Assembly (NCBI RefSeq): GCF_004010195.1
Contig: NW_025215215.1
Coordinates: forward strand, 53,477 to 73,476
Reading direction: 5' to 3'
DNA from: Chiloscyllium plagiosum
Taxonomy: Eukaryota
Length of the DNA: 20,000 nucleotides
The translations under genes and the position numbers were made by a program. Shown one piece after another: positions 1-10,502 of this stretch. The notes under the pieces were generated by a model. That model searched no databases, was not told the origin of the DNA, and was given only the letters and a program-made list of their open reading frames with translations. Within the stretch, counting starts at the first letter, position 1; every line of letters begins with the position of its first letter.

Positions 1-57
1 TTCACTTGATGCGCTATTAATGGGGTTCTTCTCCTAGTGGGTTATGGGCTGCTTCGG

Positions 58-3000
58 ATGGCTATGGCTAACCGCTCGTTTAAATGGTGCACATGGAACG
101 TTAAGGAGAGTCACTCGCCGATTAAGAGAAAAAAGATACTTTCAAGCCTCAGAAAGGAAAGTGTTGATGTAGCCTTGCTACAAGAAACACATCTAACTGA
201 TAAGGAGCACTTAAAGTAACAGCAGGGAAGGTCCGGCCCGGTGTTTATTTCATCTTTTAATTCGAAAAGTAGAGGAGTAGCTTCACTCATTCATACAAAC
301 ATTCCACTTCAGCTGTTTGACCAAATTAAGGACGAACATGAGTTGTTTCTGATCCTTAAAGCTTTAATACATGCAGAGGAATATGGGACATTGTATAATA
401 TTTTCCGCGGCTCAACCCCTCAAATTTCTAATGGATGCTTTCTCCAGGTTGATGACCCTTGGGGAACATCGTACAATTAAAGGGGAAACTTTAACCGACT
501 TATGGATCCCGAAGTGGACATGATTTCAAGGGGTCTCACGGGTATTTCCCCGCCATCAAGGCAGCTGGTGGACCTGAACAGGGAGCTACGTTGGTGGACG
601 TTTGAGATTGCTTCACCCTGAAGGTAGAGACTTCACCTTTTTTCTAACTCACGAAAGTGCTATGCCAGGATTGACATAGATTTTGCTCCATTGGCCTTTT
701 TAAATTCGATGCTGCCCTGCAAAATTCTGATCATGCAGCAGTGTACGTAGATGTTAAGGCAGATGGCGATGGGACAGACTCGCAGCACTGGCGCATGGAT
801 CCTTGCCTCCTGAAAGATAGCAAATTTATTGAGTACCTTTCGCGAGAATTTAAGTTTTTATTGGGACATTAACTTGGGTACGGCCAGTAATCCGTCGGTG
901 TTCTGGAAGACTGCAAAGGCCCATGCAAGGGGTTTGATTATTTCTTACTCGGTGACTCGGAAGCGGCAGAAGTGAAAGCAGTAGCGTATGCTTAAGGCTT
1001 AAATGAAGGCAGCTGAGACAGCATACTTTGACAGACTGTCTGTAACTAAGTTGCAGCAGATTATAGCCCTCCGGGCGACTCTAAACACTGTGCTCACCGA
1101 GACAGCAAAGAGCGAGATTTCCTTTGTGAAACAGAGGTTATTCGAGTACGGAGCTAAACTGAGAAGGTACTTGGCTCACTTGGCCAGAAAGAAGAGTGCC
1201 CCCAATCTATTACATCCATTAGTGAGGGTGCTGGTACTATCACCTACGATCCGAAAAGGGTTAATGCAACATTCAGTAAGTTCTACGCTGGGTTGCTCCA
1301 GTCAGAGGATTGTGCGGACAGATTAGTGAAGACGGAGTCCTTTTTTAAAGACCCTGGACCTCCCAGGTGTAACTTCAGAGCACGAGTCCCTTTTGAATGC
1401 CTCTCTGACAATCCAAGAGATACAGGATGCGGTAAGGCAGCTCCAGAGTGGCGAACCGACCGGCCCAGATGGCTTGCAGAGTGAGATTTATAAGGAGTTT
1501 ATAGACATGATGACTGGGCCAATGTTGGATATATTCAATTATATTTGTAGACAGGACTGCCTCCCATCCTCTCAGAGAAAAGCAAATATTTCTCTTATTG
1601 TCAAGAGAGGGAAAACCCCAGAGGATTGTCTATTCGTATAGGCCTATACTGTTATTAAAAATGTGGACTTTAAAATTTTGTCGAAAATACTAGCTTTGAG
1701 GCTGGAGAAGATCTTGTCCTTCGTTGTGAAAGAGGAACAGACAGGTTTTATTAGGAGTCGCAGGTCCCCTCTTAATATTAGGAGAGTGCTAAATGTGTTT
1801 CAGGTGTGCCAGCAAGGTCGATTCCAGGCTGGATGCAGAAAAAGCATTTTATTGGGTGTAGTGACCATACCTCTTTTATGTCTTGGAACCGTTTGGCCTT
1901 GGAGTTGTCTTTGCATGGTAGATGGCAGAATTATATAGTGACGCTAAAGCAGCAGCAGTTCTCACTAATGGTATAAGGTCTAATGATATAATTTTAGCAT
2001 TGGCAGAGGCAGCCGACAAGGGTGCCCCTTTCACCGTTATTATTTGTATTGGTGATTGAGCCATTAGCAGAGGCCACCCAGAGGGGTCCCAATATAACTG
2101 AACGGGTGGTAGGTTCAGGAAGGCATAACATCATCTTTACACAGATGACGTTCTTCTCTTTCTAACTAACCCGATGATATCTTTGCCCCATTTAATAGAC
2201 GTAATTGATTTATTTGGATCTTTCTCGGGGTATAACATCAATTTTATGAAATCGGAGGCCATACCTTTCGGGGTGTTATTCGAGTACCTGATCATGGGGG
2301 GTGCAATCCGATTCCCTTTCAGATGGTAACAAGGAGGTTTCCTCTATTTAGGCATTTTTTCACACCAGCCTTCGGTCAATAATATAAAGCGAACTTTGCG
2401 CATGTGCTCGAGAAGATAAGACAGGACCTTTGGCTCTTAGAAGATATTCCAATATCCTGACTGGTAGAATACCTCCGGTTAATAGGGATGTACTTCCTAG
2501 TTTCTTCTATCCCACGCGAATGGTCCATTTGATGCTCTCCAGGTCGGTGCTATGGAGGCTTTACAGTTGGCTAAGCTTGTTTATCTGGCACCAGAGGTGG
2601 CCTGTTATGAAGCTCGCCAAATTGCAGCTTCTGCGGGAGATGAAGGGTGTGATTTTCTGGACTTTAAGAAATACCAACTAGGTTCCCTGCAATCGGATGT
2701 GGCTGATTGAGCTTGCAAAGACCTGCAGTCAGTTTGGCTGGACATTGAGTCATCCCAGGCAAAATGCCCCCTCATTAATCCGTTGTTCGTGGGCAAGATG
2801 AGGACTGTTATGGACCAATGCAGAAATCCAATTGTCCTTAAAATAGTTAAAGCCTGGAAAATGATCTGACAAAGTGAGGGCAATTTGCAAAAATGAACTT
2901 CCCCTTTTATTCCCATTGTAGGATTGGTAGGATCCCAGCTGGGATTGATGGATTATGGCTTTCGGCTCTGGGAGTCCAGAGGATTTTCCCTGTTTGGGAG

Positions 3001-3846
3001 AATTATTTGACGTAGTGGTCATGATGTTTTTAGAGCAGCTGAGCCAGAAATATGAGTTATCTTGGAGGGGCCACTTTCGTTACTTTCAGTTGAGGAATTT
3101 TAGGCAGAAAAAAAAGACTACATTAGTGGTTAGTCCCCATAGGTCTGAAATGAAGAGAAGAGTGCTTCGTCCACAGGTGCTCTCTCGGTCAGCACCCTCT
3201 GTCATTTATTAAGAGGTAATGTCTCAAATGATATAGAGCGGCTGCATGGAATCTGGGCTCAGGAATTGTGGGTGGAGATCTCACCAGAGGTGTGGGAAGA
3301 TATTTGGGAGATCGTAAGGAAGATTTCAATTTGTAATAGGACGTAGGCTATGCAGTTGAAGGTACTCCACAGGGTTTAATTGACACCGGAGCAGCTTGTC
3401 AAATTTAAGACAGGATCGTCCCCAATGTGCCCCAAATGTACAATAGATGTTGGTACACGTACTTATTGCTTGTGATCGTGCCACAAGCTTCGTAGGTATT
3501 GGTGCACTATAACAAGTGTTTTGGAAGGGGTTTTGGGAACCGAGGTCAAGGCATATCTGGATCCCCTCCTCTTGGGTTCGCTGAACCTTCCCTCTTTGGA
3601 CTTGCATAGGAATAAATTGTTTAGTATTCTTTCATTTTGTGCGAGGAAGAACATTCTGATGAACTGGGTTCCAGGAAACCTCCCAGGACTCTGATCGTGG
3701 TGTAGATTAGTTATGGAGCCCATCCCCCTGGACTTCCTTACGAGTATGGGCACCAGAAAAATGAACATTATTATATGAAGTGGCGGCCCTATTTCAACCA
3801 TATATACATGGTTTTATTGGCTATATTGGTCAGGACATTTGTGTAA
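58..3846 (+). mobile_element. L1-clade (L1/Tx1-like) non-LTR retrotransposon ORF2, essentially full length but disrupted by many stops and frameshifts (APE endonuclease - RT - CCHC zinc finger)
   Basis: Collinear motifs across frames: APE N-terminus MANRSFKWCTWNVK...KKILSSLRKESVDVALLQETHL (58-200); RT motifs GPDG (~1461), VDFKILSKILALRLEKIL...EEQTGFI (1663-1750), LDAEKAF (~1829), RGSRQGCP (~2006), YTDDVLLFL (~2138, YADD equivalent), FGSFSGYNINFMKSE, YLGI; zinc knuckle PMCPKC...YCL*SCHKLRRYW (~3422-3502); C-terminus WRPYFNHI...TFV followed by TAA TAG TGA at 3844-3852. The ~3.8-kb span matches an L1 ORF2. Confidence 0.93.
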
Positions 3847-4020
3847 TAGTGAGGGCTCCGAGAGGAAGAATTCTGAAAAAACACGGGTATGGCAACACCT
3901 GCTACCGGTGATGGGGAGCTTTGGTAGGATTGTGCTGGGCGTTGTAACTTAATGTAATTTAATTTAATTTGCCTTGGTTCAGCTCGGTTCAATCTATGTT
4001 TTGTTTTGATTTTGTTTTGA
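3847..4020 (+). other. Probable L1 3' UTR remnant ending in T-rich (GTTTT-like) short repeats; no poly(A) tail visible
   Basis: Directly follows the ORF2 stops; contains TTTAATTTAATTT and GTTTTGTTTTGATTTTGTTTTG. The end boundary is approximate. Confidence 0.5.
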
Positions 4021-4089
4021 TATCAGCCCAATGACTTTGTGCACAGGGAAGACAATGAGTCCATTCAGCCACTCATGCCTCTTACACAG

Positions 4090-5900
4090 CAACCAGAGTG
4101 TGACATTTCACACCATGCGTCAATTATACAGGATTGGAGGGAACAAAGAGAATATCTAGAGGTGAGAATTCAACCTTATCACCATCACGATGGAATATAA
4201 AGTAGTGAGAAAACTGCTGGAATTTAAGAAAATTGTTAAAATCGATTATTCAGGAATTAATGAAAGGACATTTGCAGAGTCAAGCCACAATCCATCAGAA
4301 TCAACATAATTTTATAAAGGATGAATCGTATTTTTATTATTTATTTGAGTCTTTAAGAGTGTGACAAGTAAGCTGCATAATGGGGATCCTGGAGATGTAA
4401 AATCAGGACTTGCAGAAGACATTTAATAAGGTGTGAACAAAAGATTAATCTGAAGAATAAGATCGCATATGGTTAGAAGTAATTTATTCGCTTGGATATA
4501 GGATTGGCGAAACAAAGAATTGCAGTGAGATGGAATAACTGGTTCATTTTCTGTTTCCAAAAATACCAAGAGGCTCATTCCCCAGGCCCCAACTATTAGC
4601 AATCAATATTATCACTTATTTGAGGAGATGGACATACTATAATCAGTTTTTCAGAAGACACTGACTCAGGTGATAAATTGTAATGAATGGTTAAGGAGAG
4701 GTTGGGCCATTATTTGGCAGATGAAATGAAACAATGAAAAGTTTGAGGCCGTTTTGGTCGGTGTAACAGAAAGGCAACTTACTATCCAAACAGAGGGAAA
4801 CTACAGAGTGCTCAGATACAGAGGGATCTGGTATCCTCATCCATATTGCAAAAACACAGATGCAGGTGTAGCAGGTAATGAGCAAGGCAACTGCAAATTT
4901 GGCATTTATTTCTGAAAGAATAGATTATAAAGCGAGGGAGGTGTTGCTGCAATAATGCCGGGCATTTGTGAGATCGCAATTGATTTCTGTGTACAGTTTT
5001 GATACCCTGACTGCAGGAGGGATGTAATTACCATGGAGGCAGATCTGAAGAGGTTTACTAGACTGATTCCAGAGATAGGGAGTTTGTCCTCTGAAGTGAG
5101 ATTGAGCAATTCAGGCCTATACTCTCTGGAGTTTAGAAAAATGGGAGGAGATATCTCTAAGGACTGGACAATGCTAAAGGTGATTGATAATGTCGACATG
5201 CATTGGGTATTTCCTCATGTGGGGCAATCTACAACAAGAGATCATAGTTTTAGGATAAGTGGAGAGGAATTAAAACAGTGATGAGAGAACTTCAGTCAAA
5301 GGATTGTAAATCAGTGTAATTCAGTATTCTAGAGTGCAGTGGATGCTGGGATACTGAGTAACTGAAGGGATATGGAGAGTGGGCCAGAAAGTGGGACTGA
5401 GACCGAGATGACATCAGCCATGATTATATTCAATAGTGGAGCAGGCTGACATCACATATGATTGTATTCAATGGTGGAGCAGGCTGACATCAGCCATGAT
5501 TGTATTCAATGTTGTAGCAGTCTGACATCACATATGATTGTATTCAATATTGGAGCAGGCTGACATCAGATATGATTGTATACAATGATGGAGCAGGCTG
5601 ACATCAGATATGATTGTATACAATGGTGGAGCAGGCTGACATCAGATATGATTGTATTCAATGATTAAGCAGGCTGACATCAGATATGATTGTATTCAAT
5701 GGTGGAAAGCGCTGACATCAGATATAATTGTATTCAATGGTGGAGCAGGCTGACATCACATATGATTGCATTCATTGGTGGAGAGCGCTGACATCAACGA
5801 TGATTGTATTCAATGGTGGAGCAGCCTGACATCAGAAATGATCGTATTCAATGGTGGAGCTGGCTGGAGGGGCTGGATTGCTGACTGATGTTCCTCGTCC
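4090..5900 (+). mobile_element. Old CR1-clade LINE, 5'-truncated (degenerate RT to 3' UTR)
   Basis: Decayed RT motifs (VVRKLLE ~4202; DLQKTFNKV = DFQKAFDKV ~4407). ORF track 5033-5281 gives LKRFTRLIPEIGSLSSEVRLSNSGLYSLEFRKMGGD...FPHVGQSTTRDHSFRISG, the typical CR1 ORF2 C-terminus. The 3' UTR reads GGATATGG...ATCAGCCATGAT...ATGGTGGAGC...GAGGGGCTG...GTTCCT. Confidence 0.85.
5409..5864 (+). repeat. Minisatellite, 12 x 38 bp (consensus TGACATCAGATATGATTGTATTCAATGGTGGAGCAGGC), derived from the CR1 3' UTR
   Basis: Unit starts at 5409, 5447, 5485, 5523, 5561, 5599, 5637, 5675, 5713, 5751, 5789 and 5827. The period is exactly 38 bp with substitutions only and no spacers. Confidence 0.97.
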
Positions 5901-5929
5901 TTCTTCAGCCCTTCGAACGTGTTACACAG

Positions 5930-6315
5930 GAATGGGGGAGGGCTGGTTATCGGACAGAAAGCAGGCACTCCGAATAAATCAGATTTAATCAGTTTAAAAG
6001 AATGCAACCAGTCGGGTCGTACAGTGATCAGTGCAGGGTCCTCAGCTATTTACCATCTATATCAATGATCTAGAGGAGTGGTACAAATGCACTCTAACTA
6101 AGTTTGCCAATGGAACTAAGATAAGCAGGAAAATAAATAACCAATGGAAGTTGTAGAGTATGTAAATGGATATGGACAACTTAATCGATGGATAAAAGTT
6201 TGGCAGGTGGGATTTAACGTCATATATAACCTGTCATTTTCTTCCAGGATTTCTTCCAGGAAGAACGGCAGGCAGTATGTTACTGAAATACAGAGGGATT
6301 ACAGGACTTAGTAAA
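5930..6315 (+). mobile_element. CR1-clade LINE RT fragment
   Basis: CAGTGATCAGTGCAGGGTCCTCAGCTATTTACCATCTATATCAATGATCTAGAG...AAGTTTGCCAATGGAACTAAG translates as a decayed QGSVLGPQLFTIYINDL...KFADDTK. Confidence 0.8.
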
Positions 6316-6434
6316 ACCGTGTGGACCGGAGGGTTCACTCTGAGCCGTTCAGACATGGCATGTGTTTCTCCATCACCCTGATCGTCTGCTGCCTGATGTT
6401 CCCAGCGGGCCTATTGTTCTCATCCACCATACAT

Positions 6435-7709
6435 AAGGTTGAGGAGGCAAGGGTTGGACAGTGCTCCAGAAGATTGCAAGATAACCAGGGTGGAACTGAA
6501 GAATGAACTCTGGAGAGATAAAAGTGTGCATAGTAAAGGAGTGGTGGGTAGAATTAAGGTAAAACTTAAGACGTTCTGCACTTATGTGAGGAACAAGAGG
6601 ATGGCCAGTGTAGGGCTGATCAGTGATAGTGGAGGGAACTTGCGCCAGGAGTTGGAGGAGGTAGGGGAAGTTCTTAAAGAATGTTTGCTTCAATATTCAC
6701 TAATGAGAGGGACCTTGACGTTTCTGAGGACAGCATGAAACAGACGGATATGCTAGAACAGGAGGATGTGTTGAAAAGTTTGAGAAACACACGAATAGAT
6801 AAATTTATTTGGCCAAACAGGATATTCCCTTGGATACTATAGGAAGCGAGAAGAGATTGCTGCGCATTTTTCGATGATCTTTGCATCCTCACTGTCCACT
6901 GGAGTCGTGCCAGATGACAGGAGACTGGCAAAAGTTAATGCCTGTTTCAAGAAAGGGAATAGGGATAATCCTGGGAATTATTGGCTAACCAGTCTTACAC
7001 CAGTGACGGGCAAAGTATTGGAGAGGATTTGAGAGACAGGATTTATGAATACTTGGAAAATTATAAATGATTAGAGAAAGTCAACATGGCTTTGTGAGGA
7101 GCAGGTCATGCCTCATAGATCTTATTGAATTCCTTAAGGATGTGGCAAAACAGATTGATGAATTAGAGCAGTGGATGTGGTATATATGGATTTTAACAAG
7201 GCGTTTGACAAAGTTATCCACAGTAAGCCCATTCACAATATAAGGAGGCATGGCTTACAGGGAGGTCTGGATGTCTGGATGCAGAATTGGCTGGCCCACA
7301 GAAGACAGAAGGTGGTGGTAGATGGAACAGATGCAGCCTGGAGCTTGGTGACTAACTTGGTGATCTGTTCTGGGACTTCTCCTCTTTGTGATTTTTTTTT
7401 TTTAGAGAGTTGGACGACGAATTGGAAGGGTAGGTTCATAGGTTCGCCGATGTCACGAACTTTGGTTAGTATGGAGGGCTGTTGTAGGTTTCAACAGGAC
7501 ATTGACATAACTGAGCTGATGAGTGACAGATCGAGATAAACCTGGAACAGCGGGATCTTGGGGTCCATGTCTATAGATCCTCAAAGTTGCCATCCAGGTT
7601 GGTGTTGTTGTTTAGAAGGCGTATGATGTGTTGGCTTTCACAACCGGGGAGATCAGTTTCAGAGCTGTGAGGTTATGCTGCAGCTCTATAATCCCACTGT
7701 TTAACCGAC
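6435..7709 (+). mobile_element. CR1-clade LINE ORF2 fragment (5' part, interrupted by the LTR at 7710)
   Basis: RIKVKLKTFCTYVRNKR (ORF 6439), decayed MIFASSLSTGVVPDD.RLAKV..FKKGNRDNPGNY..TSLT (6875-7000), QHGFVRSRSCL (~7082), VDVVYMDFNKAFDKVIH...VWMQNWLAHRRQKVVVDG (ORF 7171), then VMLQLY (~7672). Confidence 0.9.
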
Positions 7710-8434
7710 TGTGATGAAGTTGAATGCTGTTCTGCATTGAGAGCTTCAAGTACTTGTCATATGACTAGCTAATATTTTCAGAGTGTACTGGATTGAAACT
7801 ATATGACATCTGGCTGTGAAACAGATATGTTGAGATTTGGTTGCTATTTTGACAACTATTCGAATTTAAACAATCAAGTTGAAATTATGTCCCACTATAC
7901 TAAACCCAATCGATTTTAAATTTATTGTTTTGCCAACATCAACCAAGGAGATGAGCTGATGTTGAGGGAATAAAGAAGCACGCATTTTGGAAGTTAGACA
8001 GAGAATAAACTGCCATCATGAGAGTCTGCCATGAACAACATTCTCTGTGCAAGATTCATTTTTTGGACGAAAACCCCTTGCATTAAAAGACAGAACATGA
8101 CCCAGGGAGATATTCAGTGGAAAGAAGGACAGCATTGGAGACTACAGCCACTGTCTGGTTTATGTAATTTTAATACAGTTTTTCTTTAATTGGAAGAGTA
8201 TATTGTCAAAGGTGAAGGAAGATAACAGTTCAGAGAAAGGGAAGCTTAGAGTTGGGAATAACTGTTGTTGTTCAATGTTCACTTTTAGAATTAAGGAATA
8301 CATTGATATTATTTCCTGTTAAGTAGCGGAATTTGCGAGCTCTCTGTCACTCGACTTTAACGGATTATGAGCGAGGTGAGCTTTTCTCAGTGTGTGGTTT
8401 AATTAGCAGAAGGGTTCATCGCCGTGTCATAACA
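7710..8434. mobile_element. Solo LTR (725 bp) of an LTR retrotransposon/ERV, inserted into the CR1
   Basis: Begins TGTGATG and ends CATAACA (TG...CA, 6/7 inverted match). Flanked by CGAC (7706-7709) and CCAC (8435-8438), a probable 4-bp TSD with one mismatch. CR1 sequence stops before it and resumes immediately after. Internal AATAAA at 7969 and 8004; no coding capacity. Confidence 0.75.
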
Positions 8435-8515
8435 CCACACTTGTAATACCGTGTTCTGGTCCCCTCATTAAAGGAAAGAGGTGGAAGCTATAGAGAGAAT
8501 GCAGAGAATTATCTA
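8435..8515 (+). mobile_element. CR1 LINE continuation after the LTR
   Basis: CCACACTTGTAATACCGTGTTCTGGTCCCCTCATTAAAGGAAAGAGGTGGAAGCTATAGAGAGAATGCAGAG is a decayed PHLEYCVQFWSPHY.KDVEALERVQR, the motif that follows MLQLY...LVR in CR1 ORF2. Confidence 0.85.
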
Positions 8516-8702
8516 TTGAACAGCAGAAAGATTGACACAAGCCACACAGAGTGAGTGAAATACTGAGAAAGTCACTACGTGAAAAACTAAACACTGGCAG
8601 ATTCGCGATGTCAGTGTGACAGTGGGTGCAGTGCGTCTGTATTGATGACTGGGTATCTGTGTGTGCATGTGCATCTGTGTATCGGTGTTTGTCTATGTGT
8701 GC

Positions 8703-8792
8703 TGAAAATGTGTTGCTGGAAAAGCGCAGCAGGTCAGGCAGCATCCAAAGAGCAGGAGAATCGACGTTTCGGGATGAGCCCTTCTTCAGGAA
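8703..8792 (-). mobile_element. 90-bp non-autonomous Penelope-like terminal (pLTR) element inserted with a 15-bp TSD
   Basis: Perfect direct repeat TTTGTCTATGTGTGC at 8688-8702 and 8793-8807. The interior is near-identical to 11205-11285 and homologous to the end of the GIY-YIG-bearing element at 16660-16745. Confidence 0.88.
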
Positions 8793-8795
8793 TTT
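8755..8795 (-). ncRNA. Minimal type I hammerhead ribozyme motif (Penelope-type)
   Basis: The minus strand reads UUC-CUGAAGA-A-GGG[CUCAU]CCC-GAAA-CG-UC^GAUU. This gives core CUGAnGA (8789-8783), stem II GGG/CCC, GAAA (8770-8767), palindromic ACGU in place of helix III, and a GUC cleavage triplet (predicted cut between 8763 and 8762). Stem I is weak in this copy. Confidence 0.7.
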
Positions 8796-10478
8796 GTCTA
8801 TGTGTGCCTGTATTATTATATGTGCTATTGCATTAGTCTCCGTGTGTGTCTGTCCATCTATATTCATCTCTGTGTGTCGCTGCATGTCTGATTTTGTCAC
8901 TGTGTGTATCTGCATTTCTGCATTCATCACTGTGTATATCTGCATGTCTGTATTTGTCTCTGTGTGTATCTGCATGTCTGTATTTGCCTCTGTGCGTATC
9001 TGCGTGCCTGTGTTTGTGTCTGTGTGCACCTGCATGTCTGTATTCGTCTCTGTGTGTTTCCAACTGTCTATGTTCACCTCGATGTGTATCTGCGTGTCTG
9101 TATTCATCTCTGTGTTTATATGCCTATCTCTGCGTGTAGCAGTGCGTCTGTTTTTGTCTCTGTATACCGGATTATCTGTGTTTAACTCTATGTGTATACG
9201 TGTATCCGTATTCGTCTCGGTTGGTATCTCTGTGACTTTATTCATCTCTGTGTGTAACTGCGAGTCTATATTTGTCTTGCTGTGTATCTGCGTGCCTATA
9301 TTTGTCTTTCTGTGTATCTGTGTGTCTGTAGTCGTCTCTGTGTGCATCTATGTGTCTGCATTCATCTCTGAATCTGTGTGTCTGTATTCATCTCTATGTG
9401 CATCTGCGTGCCTGTATTCATGTGTGTGTGTCATTAAATTCGTCTCTGTGTGTATCTGCGAGTCTCTATGTGTAACTGCGCGTCTGTGTTTGTCTCTGTG
9501 TGTATATGTGTGTCTGTTTTCATCTCTGTGTGTATTTATGTGTCTGTATTCATCTCTGCGGGCATCTGTGTGACTCTATTCGTCTCTGTATGTATCTGCA
9601 TGTCTCTGTATGCATCTGCGTGTTTGTGTTTGTCTATGTGCGTATCTGCGTGTCTGTATTCATCTTGCGTGTATCTGCGTGTCTCTATCCATCTCTCTGT
9701 CTATCTGCGTGTTTCTGTGTGTATCTTCATCTCTGCATCCGTCTCTGTGTCCATCTGTGTGCCTACATACATGTCTGTATCTGCATGTGTTTATTCGTCT
9801 CTATGTCTATCTGCATGCCGGTATTCATGTGTGAGTATCTGTGTGTCTGTATTCGTCTCTGCGTGTATCTGCGGGTCTGTGTTTGTCTCTGTGTGCATCT
9901 GTGTGTCTGTGTTCATCTCTGTGTGTATCCATGCGTCTGTATTCATCCCTATGGGCATCTGTGTGAGTCTATTCGGTCTTTGTATGTATCTGCATGTCTA
10001 TATTTGTCTCTGTGTGTATCTGCGTGTCTGTATTCATCTCTGTACCTGCGTGTCTGTATTCGTCTCTATTTGTATCTGCATGCCTGTATTCATCTCTGTT
10101 GTGTATCTGCCTGTCTGCATTTGTCTCTGTGTGCCTGTATTTGTTTCTGTGTCTCGCTGCACATCTGTATTCGTCTCTCTATGCGCCTGTGCAACTGCAT
10201 TCATCTCTGTGTGTCTGTATTTGTCTCTGTGTGTATTTGCGTGTCTGTTTTCATCTCTGCGTTTTGTCTGCGTGCCTGCATTCGTCTCTGTGTGTATCTA
10301 TGTGTCCATGGGCACAGCAGATCTGTCATCCTCTCTGGTGTTTAAAGTGATGCAATGTCCCCCTCTGCTGGCCTTCACACTCCTCTGCGTTGACAGCACC
10401 GCAGGGTGACAACCATCAGGGAATTCAGAGGGGGAGGGAGGCAGCTCATAGCGCCATTCAAACTGACAAAACCATCTG

Positions 10479-10502
10479 CACACGCACACACACACACACA
10501 CA
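10479..10502. repeat. (CA)n microsatellite
   Basis: CACACGCACACACACACACACACA. Confidence 0.9.

Larger units (their letters stand above)
8625..10308. repeat. TG-rich low-complexity minisatellite with a degenerate ~30-bp unit (TCTGTGTGTATCTGCGTGTCTGTATTCATC)
   Basis: The 30-bp periodicity is obvious at 8900-9120 and 9830-10040. It yields 10-aa repeats SVCICVSVFI (+) and HTETNTDMQI (-) in the ORF track. Confidence 0.93.

Noticed and set aside
37..3801. Individual ORF-track entries as separate genes
   Set aside because: They are fragments, or antisense shadows, of one frameshifted L1 ORF2.
5409..5864. CRISPR-like array (regular ~38-bp repeats)
   Set aside because: Units are head-to-tail with no unique spacers, there are no cas genes, the context is vertebrate, and the unit derives from the CR1 3' UTR.
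8427..10409. Long ORFs (281-319 aa) as real Cys/Val-rich or Thr/His-rich proteins
   Set aside because: They are explained by a stop-free 30-bp TG-rich repeat open in several frames on both strands, and show no domain signature.
10390..10412. REST/RE1 site (CAGCACC)
   Set aside because: Only the left half-site matches; GGACAG is absent at the expected spacing.
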